Part shown: piece by piece, positions 18,135 through 28,235 of the stretch
How the letters are laid out: every line of letters starts with the position of its first letter
Numbering within the stretch: the first letter of the stretch is position 1
Assembly: GCA_020062745.1 (NCBI GenBank)
Contig: JAGUVT010000014.1
Coordinates: forward strand, 23,521-87,520
Direction of reading: 5' to 3'
Source of the DNA: Deltaproteobacteria bacterium
Lineage (GTDB): Bacteria; Bacillota; Desulfotomaculia; Desulfotomaculales; JAGUVT01
DNA: 64,000 nt
Translations under genes and position numbers: made by a program
The notes under the pieces: model-generated
The model's database searches: none
Seen by the model: only the letters and a program-made list of their open reading frames with translations
Told to the model about the DNA's origin: nothing

Positions 18135-18743
18135 ATGAAAACGGCTCTTACCCCCAAAGAGATAGCCATTCTGACCGTAATCAGAAAAAATATTATCCAG
18201 AAAGGATATCCTCCTTCGGTGCGAGAAATTGGTCAGGAAGTGGGCTTGAGTTCCAGCTCCACCGTGCATGGCTACTTAAAAAAATTAGAGCAAAAAGGCC
18301 TCGTGCGCCGGGATGCTACTAAGCCCAGAGCTATAGGACTTTTGACAAGCCATAGAAAAGAGGACAGACTTGTTGAAATTCCGGTATTAGGGCGGGTAGC
18401 TGCTGGCTTACCTCTTCTGGCTGTAGAAAATAGAGAGGATGTTTTTTCCTTGCCGGTACAATTTACTGGCAAAGGAGAATTTTTCATCTTGACTGTACAT
18501 GGGGAAAGTATGATCGATGCCGGTATTTTTGATGGCGATATGGTAGTGGTAAGGCGGCAGCCAACAGCAGAAAACGGCGAAATAGTTGTTGCCTTGTTAG
18601 AAGAGGAAGCTACTATTAAAAGGTTCTTTAAAGAAAAGGGATGGATAAAATTACAACCCGAGAATAGTCTGATGGAACCGATCATGGTGCGAGAAATAGA
18701 TATACTGGGTAAGGTAGTCGGTCTTTTAAGAAAAATAGCTTAA
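18135..18743 (+). CDS. lexA: LexA repressor
   Basis: 202 aa with an N-terminal wHTH (GYPPSVREIG), the AG cleavage site (VAAGLPL) and the S24 peptidase Ser/Lys pair (GESM...KRF). SD AAGGAG precedes the start. Confidence 0.95.
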   Translation: MKTALTPKEIAILTVIRKNIIQKGYPPSVREIGQEVGLSSSSTVHGYLKKLEQKGLVRRDATKPRAIGLLTSHRKEDRLVEIPVLGRVAAGLPLLAVENREDVFSLPVQFTGKGEFFILTVHGESMIDAGIFDGDMVVVRRQPTAENGEIVVALLEEEATIKRFFKEKGWIKLQPENSLMEPIMVREIDILGKVVGLLRKIA

Positions 18744-19634
18744 GTTGCCTTGACTTTTGATAAAATTGATAAATGCTTCGACGGCAAACTCGCCGATACC
18801 ATGCTTATTGCAAATCAGATAAAGGTAGCGGTTAAGGTCTATCCCGGTTAACGGTACTTCTTTTACCAACTCTAATTTCAATGCTTCTTTTACCGCATGC
18901 CGCGAAACTATGCTTACTCCTAAACCGGCTTGAACTGCCGTTATTACCGCCCTGGTGCTTCCTAATTCCATGACAATTGGCATTTCTTCCAGCACAATGT
19001 TTCTTTGGGCCAGTTTTTGTTTTAAAGTCCGGCGTGTTCCGGAGCCGGACTCACGTATAATCATCGATTCATTCTTTAACTCATGTATGTCAACCGCACA
19101 ATCACCAACCCAATGATGGTGAGGGTGGGCTATTAATATCAGGCAATCCAGTATCCACGGCAAACATTTTATGCCTTCCTTGTTGATAGCAGTACCAGTA
19201 ACACCGAGGTCAATCTCCCTTTCATGTACCCAGCGCCCCACCTGGATACTTCCGGCTATCTGTAGAGTAATTTTAATCCCAGGATATTTTTCCTTAAATC
19301 CTCCGATTAGCAGAGGTAATATGTATTCGCCAGGCGTATTACTGGCTCCTACTACCAGTTGACCGGTTTTTAGCCCTTTTAGTTCATCTATACCGGCCTT
19401 AATCTTGTGGTAGTTTTTTAACATTTGTTTGGCTTCAAGGTAAAGAAGCCGTCCTGCTTCAGTAAGGGTAACTTTTTTATCTCCCCGTTTTAACAAGGTA
19501 ACCTGGAGGTTTTCCTCCAGGGCTTTTATTTGAAAGCTTACTGCCGGCTGGCTCATGTATAATTGGTGGGCAGCTTTCGTAAAGCTTTGCAATTCAGCTA
19601 CCCATAGGAATACTTCCAGCTGTTTTAAATTCAT
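18726..19634 (-). CDS. LysR-family transcriptional regulator
   Basis: 302 aa with N-terminal HTH MNLKQLEVFLWVAELQSFTKAAHQLYMSQPAVSFQIKALE and a LysR substrate-binding domain. Confidence 0.9.
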   Translation of the reverse strand: MNLKQLEVFLWVAELQSFTKAAHQLYMSQPAVSFQIKALEENLQVTLLKRGDKKVTLTEAGRLLYLEAKQMLKNYHKIKAGIDELKGLKTGQLVVGASNTPGEYILPLLIGGFKEKYPGIKITLQIAGSIQVGRWVHEREIDLGVTGTAINKEGIKCLPWILDCLILIAHPHHHWVGDCAVDIHELKNESMIIRESGSGTRRTLKQKLAQRNIVLEEMPIVMELGSTRAVITAVQAGLGVSIVSRHAVKEALKLELVKEVPLTGIDLNRYLYLICNKHGIGEFAVEAFINFIKSQGNLSYFS

Positions 19635-19709
19635 TTTAAAAACACCAACCGGTTTAGTTTTATTTAAGAATTCGCTATGATGACCTGAAAAACCTCCTGA
19701 CCTTCGACA

Positions 19710-20945
19710 TTATTTTGCAGTTTTTAATACTTCCTTAGCTGCAGAAAGTATAGCCAGCTTCACATGTTCCCTGGACAGACCGCCTTGCAAGTAAATTACA
19801 TAGGGCGGCCGTAATGGCCCGTCAGCGCTCAATTCCAAGGATGCCCCCTGGACAAAATTACCAGATGACATAACCACAGGGTCTTCATAACCTGGTACTT
19901 TCCCTGGTTCCGGGATAAAAAAACTATTTACCGGTGAAGCCTTTTGTAAACCATAACAGAAAGCAATCATCATTCCTGGCGATTCCAGGCGAATTGCCTG
20001 CACCAGATCAGTACGCTCTGCGTCATAGGCAGGCAAAACCACAAAGCCTAACCGGGAAAAAAATCGGGCCGCAAAAACCGCACCTTTCAGGGCCTCAGAT
20101 ACAATATGCGGAGCCATAAAGAGACCCTGAAAAAATAGACGCTGGCAGTCTGGCGAAGGACCTAATTCTCCAGCAATACCAGGAGCCGACCAGCGGCTTG
20201 CAGCCATTTCTACAAAACGGTTTCGTCCGACCACATAACCACCGGTAGGTGCCAGCCCGCCGCCAGGGTTTTTTATTAAGGAACCGGCAACCAGATCTGC
20301 CCCGGCATCAGTCGGTTCTTCGGCTTCAACAAACTCTCCGTAACAATTGTCGACCATTATTACTACCGGAGGATGGATCTCTTTAATAAAACGAATTGCT
20401 TCCCTCATCTGGTTTATTGTCAGCGAGCGCCTCCAGCGGTAGCCGCAAGAACGTTGCAGAAAGACCATCCGGGTATCGTCATTTACGGCTGATTTGATAC
20501 CGTTCCAGTCAATACTGCCGTCCGGTAAAAGTTCTACCTGCCGGTAATGAATACCAAAGTCAAGCAATGAACCTGGCGTTTTACCCTTTAAGCCGATTGT
20601 TTCAGCTAGAGTGTCATAAGGTGTCCCCTGAACGGCCAGGATTTCGTTACCTGGTCTTAAGATTCCGTAAAGGCAAAGAGCTATGGCATGAGTTCCAGAA
20701 ATAATTTGCCCCCGTACCAGGGCGCTTTCCGTCCGGAAGACTCCGGCATAAACTTCTTCTAAAACCCTTCTTCCTTCATCTCCGTAGCCATATCCGGTAG
20801 AGCCCTTTAAATGAAAATCACTTACTTTTGCCTTGCGAAAGGATTCCAAAACCCGACCCTGGTTTTTTAATGCCGTTTCCTCAATTCTCCGGTAAACCGG
20901 CCGGACATCCTCTTCAACTTCTTCAGCCAAGGCATCTAGATTCAT
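19710..20945 (-). CDS. YnbB/aluminium-resistance-family PLP-dependent enzyme (Cys/Met-metabolism lyase-like)
   Basis: 411 aa with KGSTGYGYGDEGR near the N-terminus, characteristic of this family. The position near hfq/miaA matches many Firmicutes. Confidence 0.8.
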   Translation of the reverse strand: MNLDALAEEVEEDVRPVYRRIEETALKNQGRVLESFRKAKVSDFHLKGSTGYGYGDEGRRVLEEVYAGVFRTESALVRGQIISGTHAIALCLYGILRPGNEILAVQGTPYDTLAETIGLKGKTPGSLLDFGIHYRQVELLPDGSIDWNGIKSAVNDDTRMVFLQRSCGYRWRRSLTINQMREAIRFIKEIHPPVVIMVDNCYGEFVEAEEPTDAGADLVAGSLIKNPGGGLAPTGGYVVGRNRFVEMAASRWSAPGIAGELGPSPDCQRLFFQGLFMAPHIVSEALKGAVFAARFFSRLGFVVLPAYDAERTDLVQAIRLESPGMMIAFCYGLQKASPVNSFFIPEPGKVPGYEDPVVMSSGNFVQGASLELSADGPLRPPYVIYLQGGLSREHVKLAILSAAKEVLKTAK

Positions 20946-20963
20946 GATGCTCTCCGTAAAATT

Positions 20964-21872
20964 CTAGGTTATTTCCGTAATGTCTTCCCTGGTGATAAAC
21001 ATTAATTCCTTCCGGGTCAACTCTTTTTTTTGAAGCAGGCGGACAGCCTGGCGGCGTATTGCCCGTTCGATCAGGTTGCGCACCAGACGGGCGTTGCCGC
21101 TGTGTCTATGTCGCCGGTGTTTATTTTCAATAACCAGGCGCAGTTCTTCCTCTGCCTCATTTGAAAGTATATACTGCCTTTGTTTGAGCATTAAAGCAGC
21201 AATGGAAAACAACTCATGGGTGCTATAATCCGGAAAGCTTATATGAATTGGAAACCGGGAACGCAATCCCGGATTACTTTCAATAAACCAGTCCATTTCA
21301 TCTTCATAACCGGCCAGAATCAGGATGAAGTTTTCCCGGTAGTCTTCCATTCCTTTTACCAGGGTATCAATAGCTTCTTTGCCGAAGTCTTTCTCACCGC
21401 CCCGGGCTAAAGCGTAAGCTTCATCGGCAAAGAGAATGCCCCCGATGGCCCTTTTGATTTGTTCCCTGGTTTTTTGAGCCGTATGGCCGATAAATTCACC
21501 TACCAGGTCAGCTCTCTCTACTTCTACCAGATGGCCTTTTTGCAGCACTCCAATTTCTTTGAAAAGTCTGCCCAGGATCCTGGCGACGGTGGTTTTGCCG
21601 GTACCGGGGTTGCCCTTAAAGATCATGTGCAAAACCAGAGGTTCGGTGAGCAGCTTTTCCCTCTGGCGATACTTCTGAATTTCAATGAAGGCATAAATTT
21701 CTCTGATCAGCTTCTTAACATCAGCAAGACCGATTAAAGAGTAAAGCTCTTCCCATACTTCCTGGGCATTTTTCCAGTTAATGCAGTTATTGTTGATGGA
21801 AATGTTATTGTTTTTAAAATTACCGGGTTCTTTATCACCCTGCCATATTTTTATTTTTACCAGAACAGTCAC
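20964..21872 (-). CDS. spoVK: Stage V sporulation protein K-like AAA+ ATPase
   Basis: Walker A GNPGTGKTTVARILG, Walker B ILFADEAY and a CbbX/SpoVK-type AAA module. GTG start. Confidence 0.85.
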   Translation of the reverse strand: MTVLVKIKIWQGDKEPGNFKNNNISINNNCINWKNAQEVWEELYSLIGLADVKKLIREIYAFIEIQKYRQREKLLTEPLVLHMIFKGNPGTGKTTVARILGRLFKEIGVLQKGHLVEVERADLVGEFIGHTAQKTREQIKRAIGGILFADEAYALARGGEKDFGKEAIDTLVKGMEDYRENFILILAGYEDEMDWFIESNPGLRSRFPIHISFPDYSTHELFSIAALMLKQRQYILSNEAEEELRLVIENKHRRHRHSGNARLVRNLIERAIRRQAVRLLQKKELTRKELMFITREDITEIT

Positions 21873-21996
21873 CCCGCACCAGGCAGATCAATAACATTAT
21901 ACGCCTGCCCCGGGCGTTAGTGACCAAAAAAAACAGGTGTTTCGTAAAGGCAAAGCTCGTCTTTCACCAACAAGAAAGGCTGCTTTTTTCTTAAAA

Positions 21997-22236
21997 TCAA
22001 GCCTTTACTTCTGAGAAAGAAGTATTTACCGGCTTGAGCGGGCTGATTGTTGAAATAGCATGTTTATAAACCATTAATTGTTTGCCGTCGCTATCCAGAA
22101 TAACCGTAAAATTATCAAAGCCTCTGACCATTCCTTTAAGTTGAAAGCCATTAACCAAAAAAATGGTAACAGGAATATTCTCTTTCCTGACCTGGTTTAA
22201 AAAAGCATCTTGAAGGTTGATTTGTGTTTTCGTCAT
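21997..22236 (-). CDS. hfq: RNA chaperone Hfq
   Basis: 79 aa with Sm1/Sm2 motifs [40 protein letters not shown]...YKHAIST. Confidence 0.95.
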   Translation of the reverse strand: MTKTQINLQDAFLNQVRKENIPVTIFLVNGFQLKGMVRGFDNFTVILDSDGKQLMVYKHAISTISPLKPVNTSFSEVKA

Positions 22237-22284
22237 TGGAGTTTCCCTCCATATCTATTTTAATCTATTTTGGGTTATTACTTT

Positions 22285-23220
22285 CTATAAATTTTGGTTT
22301 ATTCCTTCTAAGCCGCCCATAATTTCTTTAACCGCAACAGCAATCCCTCCTTTCCCGGATACATCCAGCCATTTAAGGCGGCGGTCATTCCGAAACCAGG
22401 TCAACTGTCTCTTGGCAAAGCGTCTGGTATTTCTTTTTAGCAGGTAAACAGCCTGATCATAGTTTATTTCTCCAGTCAGGTAAGAAACGATCTCCTTGTA
22501 TCCTAAACCCTGCATAGACGTTAGTTCGCTTCCATAACTTTTGCCCAGCAGCCCGCGCACTTCTTCAACCAGTCCTTTAGCAATCATCTCATCTACACGT
22601 TGTTCTATCCGTTGATAAAGCAAGTTGCGCTCAAGAATCAGGCCAAACATGGCCAGCTTGTAAATAGGACTACTGCTTCTATTATAGAAACTCGATATCG
22701 GCTGGCCGGTATGATGAAATACTTCCAGCGCGCGAATTATTCTCCTGGTGTCGTTACAGTGCAATTTACCGGCTGCCTCTGGGTCAACTGCTGAAAGGCG
22801 CTGGTACAGGTGCGCCGGACCTTTGACAGCAGCCTCCTGCTGAAGCTTTTGCCGAAAACCAGGATCTCCTTTTATGCCGGTGAAATTATAATGTTCGGTT
22901 ACCGCCCTGATATAGAGCCCGGTACCTCCTATCAAAATCGGCAGGTTGCCTTTTTTATGAATCTCGGCAATTGCCCGGCGGGCCTGCTTTTGGAATAAAG
23001 CGACACTGTATTCCTGATCCGGATCCACAACATCTATCATATGGTGTGGCACGCCTTGACGCTCTTTAACTGTTGGTTTGGCCGTGCCGATATCCATATA
23101 ACGATAAACCTGCATAGAATCTGCCGAAACCACTTCACCGCCGGTTAACTTTGCTAACATAACGGCTGCTTCGCTTTTGCCAGTTGCAGTAGGGCCGGTG
23201 ATTACCACCAGGGGTATCAT
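22285..23220 (-). CDS. miaA: tRNA dimethylallyltransferase
   Basis: 311 aa with P-loop GPTATGKS and DSMQVYRYMDIGTAKP. Confidence 0.95.
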   Translation of the reverse strand: MIPLVVITGPTATGKSEAAVMLAKLTGGEVVSADSMQVYRYMDIGTAKPTVKERQGVPHHMIDVVDPDQEYSVALFQKQARRAIAEIHKKGNLPILIGGTGLYIRAVTEHYNFTGIKGDPGFRQKLQQEAAVKGPAHLYQRLSAVDPEAAGKLHCNDTRRIIRALEVFHHTGQPISSFYNRSSSPIYKLAMFGLILERNLLYQRIEQRVDEMIAKGLVEEVRGLLGKSYGSELTSMQGLGYKEIVSYLTGEINYDQAVYLLKRNTRRFAKRQLTWFRNDRRLKWLDVSGKGGIAVAVKEIMGGLEGINQNL

Positions 23221-23359
23221 ATCTTTATCTCACCCCGGAATTTAAAACTATCCTTAAAATTACTCTTTTATCTTTTCATTCACTGGTAGCGCCGGCAACA
23301 TGGACATCTATTTGTTAAACCGTTGGTTATTTTCCCCATATTGTATCTATTTATGCAGA

Positions 23360-25108
23360 TCACCCACGTTTAAACTTGGTCGATAAATCATGGAAAGTAA
23401 TATGAGTAATGGTTGGTCTACCATGCGGGCAAATATAAGGATTCTCTGTTTCAGCCAACTGCTCCAGAAGGGCCTTCATCTTCGGCATGCCAAGTTTTTC
23501 TCCTGCTTTAACGGCGTGCCGGCAGGCCATGGCAGCAGCCAGGCGTTGCGGAAATGCAGCCTGTTCTTGACCTTCAAGTGATTCTATAAGGTCAAGGAAT
23601 AACTGCCGTTCCTGTCCGGAAGGAAGGTAAGAAGGTATTCCCCGCAAAAGAAAGGTATTACCACCAAAATGTTCTAAAACAAATCCTGCCTCGGTTAGTT
23701 GAAAGATGTATTTATTTAGTAGTTGAACTTCCCGGTATCCCAGTTCCAGTGTTACGGGGTATAACAGAATCTGGCTTCCGCCATTGTCTTTTTTTGCTGA
23801 GGTGTTATACTGCTCAAATAACACCCGCTCGTGGGCTGCATGTTGATCTATAATATAAAGGCCTTCTTCTCCTTCGGCCAGGATATAGGTAGGGAATAAC
23901 TGGGCTAACGGCGTTAACTCCGGCAATTTCGGCTGATTCCGGTTGATTTCCGCTTCTATTCCAGCATCCGCTACTGAACAATTTTTGCTATCAACTTGAC
24001 CATAGACAAGCAGTTCCTCCTTTTCCAGTTGAGAAGAAGCAGCAGTCAGGTTCAAAGCTGGCTGACGAATATCTGCCTCTTCTTTTACCGGCCGGCCTGG
24101 CCGAATAACGGGAATAACACTGCGATTGTGCAAAACCTCATGCAGTACCCGGTTAATCAGTCCGGTAACCTTTTCTTCTTCCTGAAGCTTAACCTCCAGC
24201 TTGGCTGGATGGATGTTTACATCCAGAAAAAAAGGATCAATGGTTAATGCCAGAACTGTTACCGGCCATCGCCCGGCTGATAAAAAAGGCCGATAGATAT
24301 CTTCGATAGTCTTGCTTATAGCCGGGCAACGGACATAACGGCCGTTGATTATAATAGTCTGATATCTGCGGCTACTGCGGCTCAAGGATGGTTTGCTGAC
24401 ATAACCTTCCACTTTTAATGTTCCTTCACTGCCTTCAAACGGCAACATTTCCCGGACCATATCGGCTCCGAAAACGGTGACTGCAGCATCAATTAGTTCT
24501 CCTGAGCCAGGGGTATAAAAAGCCTTCCGGCCTTGCAAAGTAAGTTCAAAGCTGACTGCCGGACGGGTCAAAGCAAAACGGGCCACCAGGTCGCTGATCA
24601 GACCGCTTTCTGTAGCAGCAGACTTTAATTGTTTGCGTCTGGCAGGCGTGTTGTAAAATAGATCGTGCACAGTTACAGCAGTACCGGCCGGGCAGCCGGC
24701 AGGCCTTACTTCCTTTATTTCCCCTCCCTGCACTTCTACCTGGGTACCGCCTACAAATTCAGGCGGGCGGGTCTTCAAAGTTACCCTGGAAACTGCGGCA
24801 ATGCTGGGCAAAGCTTCACCCCGAAAGCCCATAGTAATGACTCTACCCAGATCAGTGGAACTTTTTATTTTACTGGTGGCGTGCCTTTGAAAAGCAAGGA
24901 CAGCATCTTTTTCATCCATTCCGGAGCCATTGTCGCAGACTTCAATGCCGGCCGTACCACCTTCCCATAAGTTCACAATAATCCTGTTGGCTCCGGCATC
25001 AAGTGAATTTTCAACAAGTTCCTTTACCACCGATACCGGCCGTTCCACCACCTCTCCGGCAGCAATTTGGCTTACTGTAAATTCGTCTAACAAAAAAATG
25101 TTGGCCAC
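23360..25108 (-). CDS. mutL: DNA mismatch repair protein MutL
   Basis: 582 aa with a GHKL ATPase N-terminus (IAAGEVVERPVSVVKELVENSLDAG) and a C-terminal dimerisation/endonuclease region (DQHAAHERVLFE). Confidence 0.95.
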   Translation of the reverse strand: MANIFLLDEFTVSQIAAGEVVERPVSVVKELVENSLDAGANRIIVNLWEGGTAGIEVCDNGSGMDEKDAVLAFQRHATSKIKSSTDLGRVITMGFRGEALPSIAAVSRVTLKTRPPEFVGGTQVEVQGGEIKEVRPAGCPAGTAVTVHDLFYNTPARRKQLKSAATESGLISDLVARFALTRPAVSFELTLQGRKAFYTPGSGELIDAAVTVFGADMVREMLPFEGSEGTLKVEGYVSKPSLSRSSRRYQTIIINGRYVRCPAISKTIEDIYRPFLSAGRWPVTVLALTIDPFFLDVNIHPAKLEVKLQEEEKVTGLINRVLHEVLHNRSVIPVIRPGRPVKEEADIRQPALNLTAASSQLEKEELLVYGQVDSKNCSVADAGIEAEINRNQPKLPELTPLAQLFPTYILAEGEEGLYIIDQHAAHERVLFEQYNTSAKKDNGGSQILLYPVTLELGYREVQLLNKYIFQLTEAGFVLEHFGGNTFLLRGIPSYLPSGQERQLFLDLIESLEGQEQAAFPQRLAAAMACRHAVKAGEKLGMPKMKALLEQLAETENPYICPHGRPTITHITFHDLSTKFKRG

Positions 25109-25110
25109 CC

Positions 25111-27696
25111 TTATACCTCTTTTCGGGCAAGTTGCTGCAGGCGATAAAGTTTGTTAAGGGCCTCAAGCGGCGTCATATTAAGCAGATCCAGATTAACTAA
25201 TTCACTAAAGACAGGATGTTTAAGGTTAACTTTTTCTAAAGATACGGTAGAAAACTCGCTGCCGGCAGCTATCTGTCCGGCGCAGTTTGGCCTGGTTTCC
25301 ATTTCTTTTAATATTTTACCGGCACGGTTTACAATCGCCGGGGGCAAGCCGGCCAGTTGGGCTACATGGATACCATAACTGCGGTCTGCCTTGCCGGGCA
25401 AAACCTTTCGTAGAAAGATAACGTCTTCTCCTTCTTCTTTAACCGCTATGGTAAGGTTTGTTACCCCCGGCAATTGTTCTAAATCAGTTAGCTCATGATA
25501 ATGAGTAGAAAAAAGAGTCTTGGCCCTGATCCGATCGTGAATATATTCAGCCAGGGCGCGGGCAATACTGATCCCATCATAAGTACTGGTTCCCCTGCCC
25601 ACCTCATCCAAAATGATCAGACTGTTTTTTGTGGCTTCCAGAATTATCGTGCGGCATTCATTCATCTCTACCATAAAGGTGCTCTGGCCGGCGCTAAGAT
25701 CATCAAAAGCACCGACCCTGGTAAAGATGCGGTCGACAGTACCTATTTCGGCAGCGCTGACAGGCACGAAACTGCCTACCTGGGCCATCAAAACAATCAG
25801 GGCTACCTGCCTCATATAAGTGCTTTTGCCTGCCATGTTAGGACCGGTAATTAAAGATAGAGAACACTCCGGATTGCCCAGCAAGGTATCGTTCGGCACA
25901 AACTGTCCCGGTTTTAAAACCTGTTCCAGTACCGGATGACGGCCGTCTGTGATTATAATCCGTTCTCCCCGATTGACTACCGGCCGCGTGTATCCTCCCT
26001 TAACTGCAGCCTCGGCCAGCGAAAGGAGGACATCGGCTTTGGCCACAGCGCCTGCGGATTGTTGAATACGGCTAATTTCCCCCGCTATCTGTTCTCTAAT
26101 TGTTACGAATATCTGATACTCAAACTGGACCAGACGATCCTCCGCACCTAAAATGGTATCCTCAAGTTGTTTTAATTCCGGCGTTATAAACCGTTCGGCG
26201 TTAGCCAGAGTCTGCCGCCGCTGATAATCATCAGGTACCAGTTCCAGGTTGGCCCTGGTTACTTCAAGATAGTAACCGAATACTCTGTTAAAACCTATTT
26301 TGAGCGATTTGATCCCCGTCCGGCTGCGTTCCCGTCCTTCCAGTTCGGCCAGCATGGTTTTTCCATTTTTACTGGTTAACCGGAGCCGGTCAACTTCCTC
26401 GTGGTAACCCGGTTTAATCAACCCTCCTTCCCTTACCGAAAAAGGAGGAGCCTCAACAATTGCTGCTTCTATAAGGGAACAAATGTCCTCTAACAAGTCA
26501 ATATCTCCACCCAGTTCCTTTATTAGAAGAGAACGTGACCGTGCCAGAAGGTGTTTTATCTCCGGCAAAACTGCCAGCGAGGTTTTCAGGGCAACCAAAT
26601 CGCGGGCGTTTGCGGAACCAAACGAAATGCGGCTTGCCAGGCGTTCCAAATCATATATTTGTTTGAGATGATTATGTAGCGAGCGCCTTAAAAAAATTTC
26701 CCTTGTAAACTCCTCTACTGCTTCCAAACGGGCCTCTATGGCTTCTATTTCTTGTAATGGTTGTTCAAGCCAGGATTTAATTAAACGTCCGCCCATTGCT
26801 GTAACAGTATGATCCAATACCCACAACAATGTTCCCCGCCGGGATCCGTCCCTGGCAGAAACGGTCAGTTCCAGGTTGCGCCTGGTGGCTACATCAAGTA
26901 ACATATACCGGTTGGTAGAGTACACACTGAGTTGACTCAGATGCCTTGGCTCTTGTTTTTGGGTATCCAGCAAAAAGGCCAACAAAGCACCGGAAGCACC
27001 CGCTGCCAGCGGTGAGCCTGATAAGTCCGGGACTTCCCGCAGGTTTTTAGCCAGTATTGCAGCAGCCTGGTCAAGTTGAAAAGCTTCTTCCCGGAAACTG
27101 CTCACCGCTGGTGAGGCAATATCTAATAGCATTTTAACAAATTTTTTATTATTTGTGAAAGACTCCGGTAAAATAACTTCAGATGGCTGAAGGCGGGCCA
27201 GTTCATTCAACAATGCGGATTTTGCCCCACTATTGTTAAACTGAGTAACCATAAAAAGCCCTGTGCTGATATCGGATACAGCCAGGCCATATCCTTCGTC
27301 ACCGGGAGCAATGGCCACCAGGTAGTTGTTTTTTTTATCTTTAAGTAAATTTTCTTCTATTACGGTACCGGCAGTAATCACCCTGATGACTTCGCGTCGA
27401 ACAATACCCCTGGCTGAGGCAGGATCTTCAACCTGCTCGCAGATAGCAACTTTGTACCCTTTCTCAATCAATCGGGCAATATAATTATCTGCAGCATGAA
27501 AGGGAATGCCGCACATTGGTACCCGTTTTTTCTTGCCGCCATCTCTGCCGGTGAGGGTGATCTCCAGTTCACGTGAAGCCAGGTGGGCATCTTCAAAAAA
27601 CATCTCGTAAAAATCTCCCAGGCGAAAAAAGAGGATGGCGTCCTGATACTGCTTCTTAATTTCCAGATATTGTTGAATCATAGGAGTAAAGCTCAC
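25111..27696 (-). CDS. mutS: DNA mismatch repair protein MutS
   Basis: The track ORF extends to 27846. I trimmed it to GTG 27696 (MSFTPMIQQYLEIKKQY...), which has AGGAGGG 5 nt upstream. Mismatch-binding motif GDFYEMF and Walker A GPNMAGKST are present. Confidence 0.95.
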   Translation of the reverse strand: MSFTPMIQQYLEIKKQYQDAILFFRLGDFYEMFFEDAHLASRELEITLTGRDGGKKKRVPMCGIPFHAADNYIARLIEKGYKVAICEQVEDPASARGIVRREVIRVITAGTVIEENLLKDKKNNYLVAIAPGDEGYGLAVSDISTGLFMVTQFNNSGAKSALLNELARLQPSEVILPESFTNNKKFVKMLLDIASPAVSSFREEAFQLDQAAAILAKNLREVPDLSGSPLAAGASGALLAFLLDTQKQEPRHLSQLSVYSTNRYMLLDVATRRNLELTVSARDGSRRGTLLWVLDHTVTAMGGRLIKSWLEQPLQEIEAIEARLEAVEEFTREIFLRRSLHNHLKQIYDLERLASRISFGSANARDLVALKTSLAVLPEIKHLLARSRSLLIKELGGDIDLLEDICSLIEAAIVEAPPFSVREGGLIKPGYHEEVDRLRLTSKNGKTMLAELEGRERSRTGIKSLKIGFNRVFGYYLEVTRANLELVPDDYQRRQTLANAERFITPELKQLEDTILGAEDRLVQFEYQIFVTIREQIAGEISRIQQSAGAVAKADVLLSLAEAAVKGGYTRPVVNRGERIIITDGRHPVLEQVLKPGQFVPNDTLLGNPECSLSLITGPNMAGKSTYMRQVALIVLMAQVGSFVPVSAAEIGTVDRIFTRVGAFDDLSAGQSTFMVEMNECRTIILEATKNSLIILDEVGRGTSTYDGISIARALAEYIHDRIRAKTLFSTHYHELTDLEQLPGVTNLTIAVKEEGEDVIFLRKVLPGKADRSYGIHVAQLAGLPPAIVNRAGKILKEMETRPNCAGQIAAGSEFSTVSLEKVNLKHPVFSELVNLDLLNMTPLEALNKLYRLQQLARKEV

Positions 27697-27784
27697 AGTA
27701 TCCCTCCTGGCAGTAATTATACCATAATGTAGGAAAAGCAAAAAGAAAAACCCTGGTTTGGACCAGGGCCTGTTGCTCCTTGCA

Positions 27785-28153
27785 TTAATGGCAGCAGCCA
27801 CAGTTTTCATCATCACTGCAGCATGATTTGAGACCGATTGCTTCACCGATTATTTTATTGACCCCTTCGAGTATTCTTTCGAAATCTTGCTGGGCCTTAA
27901 AATATGAATAAATATGAGGGTTGTCCAGCATTTTCTTTTCTATTTCCTCTGCTTCTTTTTTTTGACTTTCAGTTAACTGGTGGCCCTGTGACTGGATCAT
28001 CTGAAAGGCCCGCCTTTTTTCTTCAAACTCCTGTAGAATCATTTTCGCGGCTGGTTCCTGGAGCATTGCTGATTCAGCATCGCGCATCGCCAACAGTTCT
28101 TTTGAACTGGCAATCTCGTTACCAAGTTCCCTGGCCTTCTCCATTACAGACAT
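27785..28153 (-). CDS. YmcA/YlbF (RicA/RicF)-family protein with Cys-rich C-terminal tail
   Basis: 122-aa coiled-coil-like YmcA/YlbF-type sequence. The gene order miaB-ymcA-(cotE)-mutS-mutL is known from Bacillus subtilis. The tail reads KSCCSDDENCGCCH. Confidence 0.7.
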   Translation of the reverse strand: MSVMEKARELGNEIASSKELLAMRDAESAMLQEPAAKMILQEFEEKRRAFQMIQSQGHQLTESQKKEAEEIEKKMLDNPHIYSYFKAQQDFERILEGVNKIIGEAIGLKSCCSDDENCGCCH

Positions 28154-28235
28154 CTTTTAACCTCCTGTTCTGTGTAACGGTTATTTTTCCGTTTATTCCG
28201 GATTTAATTTGCTCGGATACCTTCTCCATTCTACA

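Noticed and set aside
25111-27846. N-terminal extensions offered by the ORF track: MutS +50 aa, MiaB +29 aa, GerAA +45 aa, flavoprotein +28 aa, crt and hbd +9 aa each, and the Fe-S oxidoreductase +42 aa.
   Set aside because: In each case a downstream start codon is preceded by a clear GGAGG-type SD at 5-9 nt and coincides with the conserved family N-terminus. The extensions are hydrophobic or odd sequences overlapping upstream genes or promoters.
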